Shown in pieces: positions 62,125 through 64,000 of a stretch of DNA of 64,000 nucleotides. Position 1 is the first letter of the stretch. Every line of letters starts with the position of its first letter. The notes beneath the pieces were generated by a model. It was not told where the DNA came from. It saw only the letters and a program-made list of their open reading frames with translations, and did no database searches. Both the position numbers and the translations under genes were made by a program. The DNA is from Patescibacteria group bacterium. Its GTDB lineage: Bacteria; Patescibacteriota; JAQUNI01. The stretch covers positions 271,451 to 335,450 of the forward strand of contig JAQUNI010000001.1 of assembly GCA_028717685.1 (NCBI GenBank). The letters run 5' to 3'.

Positions 62125-64000
62125 TCACTCTGCGCTTTTTGTCTCATCTTCATTTAACTCCATACCTTCGTTTGCTGACATTTCCACACCATTTTGCCCT
62201 TGCGCTCGCGCGAAATCTTCCTTCGCGCGGGCAATCTCAATCAACTGCTTCGGGTCGGAAGTAATAATCTGGTCCTCGGAATAAGAAGCGACGATTTTAA
62301 TCGCCACATGCTTATTGCCGGCAAAGAAGATGCCCTCGCCCACATCCGAAGCTAAAAGCAAATATTTCTCTTCTTGGGTGAGATGGAAAACAGAGGCGAC
62401 CAAATCAATCGCGGCTGGGGATTGCCGCAGAAGGAGCTGAATTGAAGAATTAGTAACAATCGCCTGACCATGCCGCGTGGATAAGAAGTCATTAACGTCC
62501 TGGCTAATCGTAGTCAAACCGAGATAATATTTACGCGCTCTCTTGGCAATAGAAAAAAGAAACATCGCGGAATCTTCATGCTCCATCAGCCACCACGCCT
62601 CATCCACCATCAGAATCCTTTTTTTGAGTTCTGCCCGCACAATATTCCAGATATAATTCAAAACAATATACATCCCAATCGGACGCAGTTCGTCTTCCAA
62701 ATCGCGGATACTGAAAACGACGAACTGCTTGTCCAGACTGATATTAGTCGGCTCGTTAAATATGCCCGCGAAAGTCCCCTCGGTAAATTTAGAAAAAACC
62801 TGGGCAATGCTCTGCGCCCCTTCGGTGCTTTGCAAAATACGCTCAAAGTCCGTCATCGTCGGCATTTCTTTGCCCTCCCAAGAAGTATCAGGCGTAATGC
62901 CTTTGGAAGCATAAGTTTGAATCAATACTTCATCCAGCAGGGCGTCAGCTTCAGGGGTGATGCCGCCTAAGATTAATTTTGCCAACCCTTTAAGATTAAT
63001 AATCGCCTCCCGTAAAATATCAGTGGGATTAGTTTCGTGGGAGGCAATGGTTAAATCAAAGGGGTTAATGCGATAAGGAGAGGCTAAAGAAATTTCCAAA
63101 AAGCTCCCTCCCACCGCGTTCGCCAAATATTTATATTCATTTTCAGGGTCAATCACTAAAACATCCGCCCCCAGCATTAGGCTGCGCAAAATCTCTAGTT
63201 TAATCGCATAGCTTTTCCCCGCTCCGGATTTTCCGAAAACGACTGCGTTCGCGTTTTCCAAGGAAAAACGATCAAAAAGGACTAAACTATTATTGTGGCG
63301 GTTGATGCCGTAGAGAACTCCCTCGTTAGAAGAAAGTTCATAGGACACGAAGGGAAAACTCGTGGACAGAGGGGAGGTATTGAGATTATTGGTGATAAAA
63401 ATCTCATCATTGCCCAAGGGAAGGGTGGAAATAAAACCCTGTTCGGCTTGGAAAACCGCCTGTTTGGTGTAAATCAAACGCGAACCGAGGAGATTTTCCA
63501 CTCTCTTCGTATTTTTATTTAATTGTTTTAAGGAACTGCCATAGATTGTAATGTAGAGAGCGAACTTAAACAACCTCTCGGTCCCCTGCTGCAGAGAATC
63601 GCGCAAGGCTTCCACATTCTTGTAGGCATTTTCCAAAACCGGATTGCGCACCTTGCCATGCTCCTGCTCCACCGCGATACTAGAAGATATCTTAGCTAGA
63701 GTTTTGGTGAGATTCTTCAAAACCGTGTTTGAGCTTTGGGGATAAATGAACATCCCAACATCAAAAATGGCGTCCATATTGATCACCGGCGTAAACCAAT
63801 CCGTATGCAAATAACGCGGATAAGTATAAACAAAGAGGGTGCGGGAAAAATACTCGCCAATCTGGACATAGCGCGAAGTAACGCGCATTGCCGAAGGGGC
63901 TAAGAGATCTCGCAAGGTCGCTACCCCTTCCAAATATGCCTTTTGCGCCTCCAGAATATTAATCTTCTCCTCCTGGCTTAAACCTAAACGCGAAGGCGCG
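62125..64000 (-). CDS. VirB4-like ATPase (5' end truncated by the window)
   Basis: GKSGAGKS, IDPENEY, INPFD, VDEAW, RARKY, ISQ; frame is open to the window edge. Confidence 0.92.
   Translation of the reverse strand, partial: APSRLGLSQEEKINILEAQKAYLEGVATLRDLLAPSAMRVTSRYVQIGEYFSRTLFVYTYPRYLHTDWFTPVINMDAIFDVGMFIYPQSSNTVLKNLTKTLAKISSSIAVEQEHGKVRNPVLENAYKNVEALRDSLQQGTERLFKFALYITIYGSSLKQLNKNTKRVENLLGSRLIYTKQAVFQAEQGFISTLPLGNDEIFITNNLNTSPLSTSFPFVSYELSSNEGVLYGINRHNNSLVLFDRFSLENANAVVFGKSGAGKSYAIKLEILRSLMLGADVLVIDPENEYKYLANAVGGSFLEISLASPYRINPFDLTIASHETNPTDILREAIINLKGLAKLILGGITPEADALLDEVLIQTYASKGITPDTSWEGKEMPTMTDFERILQSTEGAQSIAQVFSKFTEGTFAGIFNEPTNISLDKQFVVFSIRDLEDELRPIGMYIVLNYIWNIVRAELKKRILMVDEAWWLMEHEDSAMFLFSIAKRARKYYLGLTTISQDVNDFLSTRHGQAIVTNSSIQLLLRQSPAAIDLVASVFHLTQEEKYLLLASDVGEGIFFAGNKHVAIKIVASYSEDQIITSDPKQLIEIARAKEDFARAQGQNGVEMSANEGMELNEDETKSAE

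Overview
Chromosomal segment of a Patescibacteria (CPR; Parcubacteria/ABY1-like) bacterium, genetic code 11. The taxonomic call is an inference from the gene repertoire, the AT-rich gene junctions and the CPR-style pil and VirB4 loci. Contents: housekeeping genes (UvrD-nuclease fusion, rmuC, rsmI, tgt, gatCA, ligA, clpC, comF, recG, radA); a complete minus-strand type IV pilus locus (pilM-B-T-C, three major-type pilins, pilD, a response regulator, pilN-O, four minor pilins) followed by three tandem modules of a DUF5666-like membrane protein plus a secreted Cys-rich/Ig protein; the end of a VirB4/T4SS-like cluster with dsbA; six intact tRNAs plus one interrupted and one degenerate tRNA; and many small palindromic elements. 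Top candidates for new biology: (1) an intact tRNA-Ser(UGA) nested in the anticodon loop of another tRNA-Ser and bracketed by an inverted repeat; (2) an apparent split PKD/Ig domain, where two variable Cys-rich adhesins end in the NQPPxQPTLxP strand that the pilus-locus core protein lacks, suggesting donor-strand coupling; (3) stand-alone genes carrying Poribacteria/FCB-type C-terminal sorting signals in a CPR genome; (4) a four-helix-bundle gene cassette whose heptamer-repeat arms also occur as empty copies; (5) in-frame palindromic insertions duplicating the GF prepilin cleavage motif. All family assignments are from motif recognition by eye, with no database searches run.
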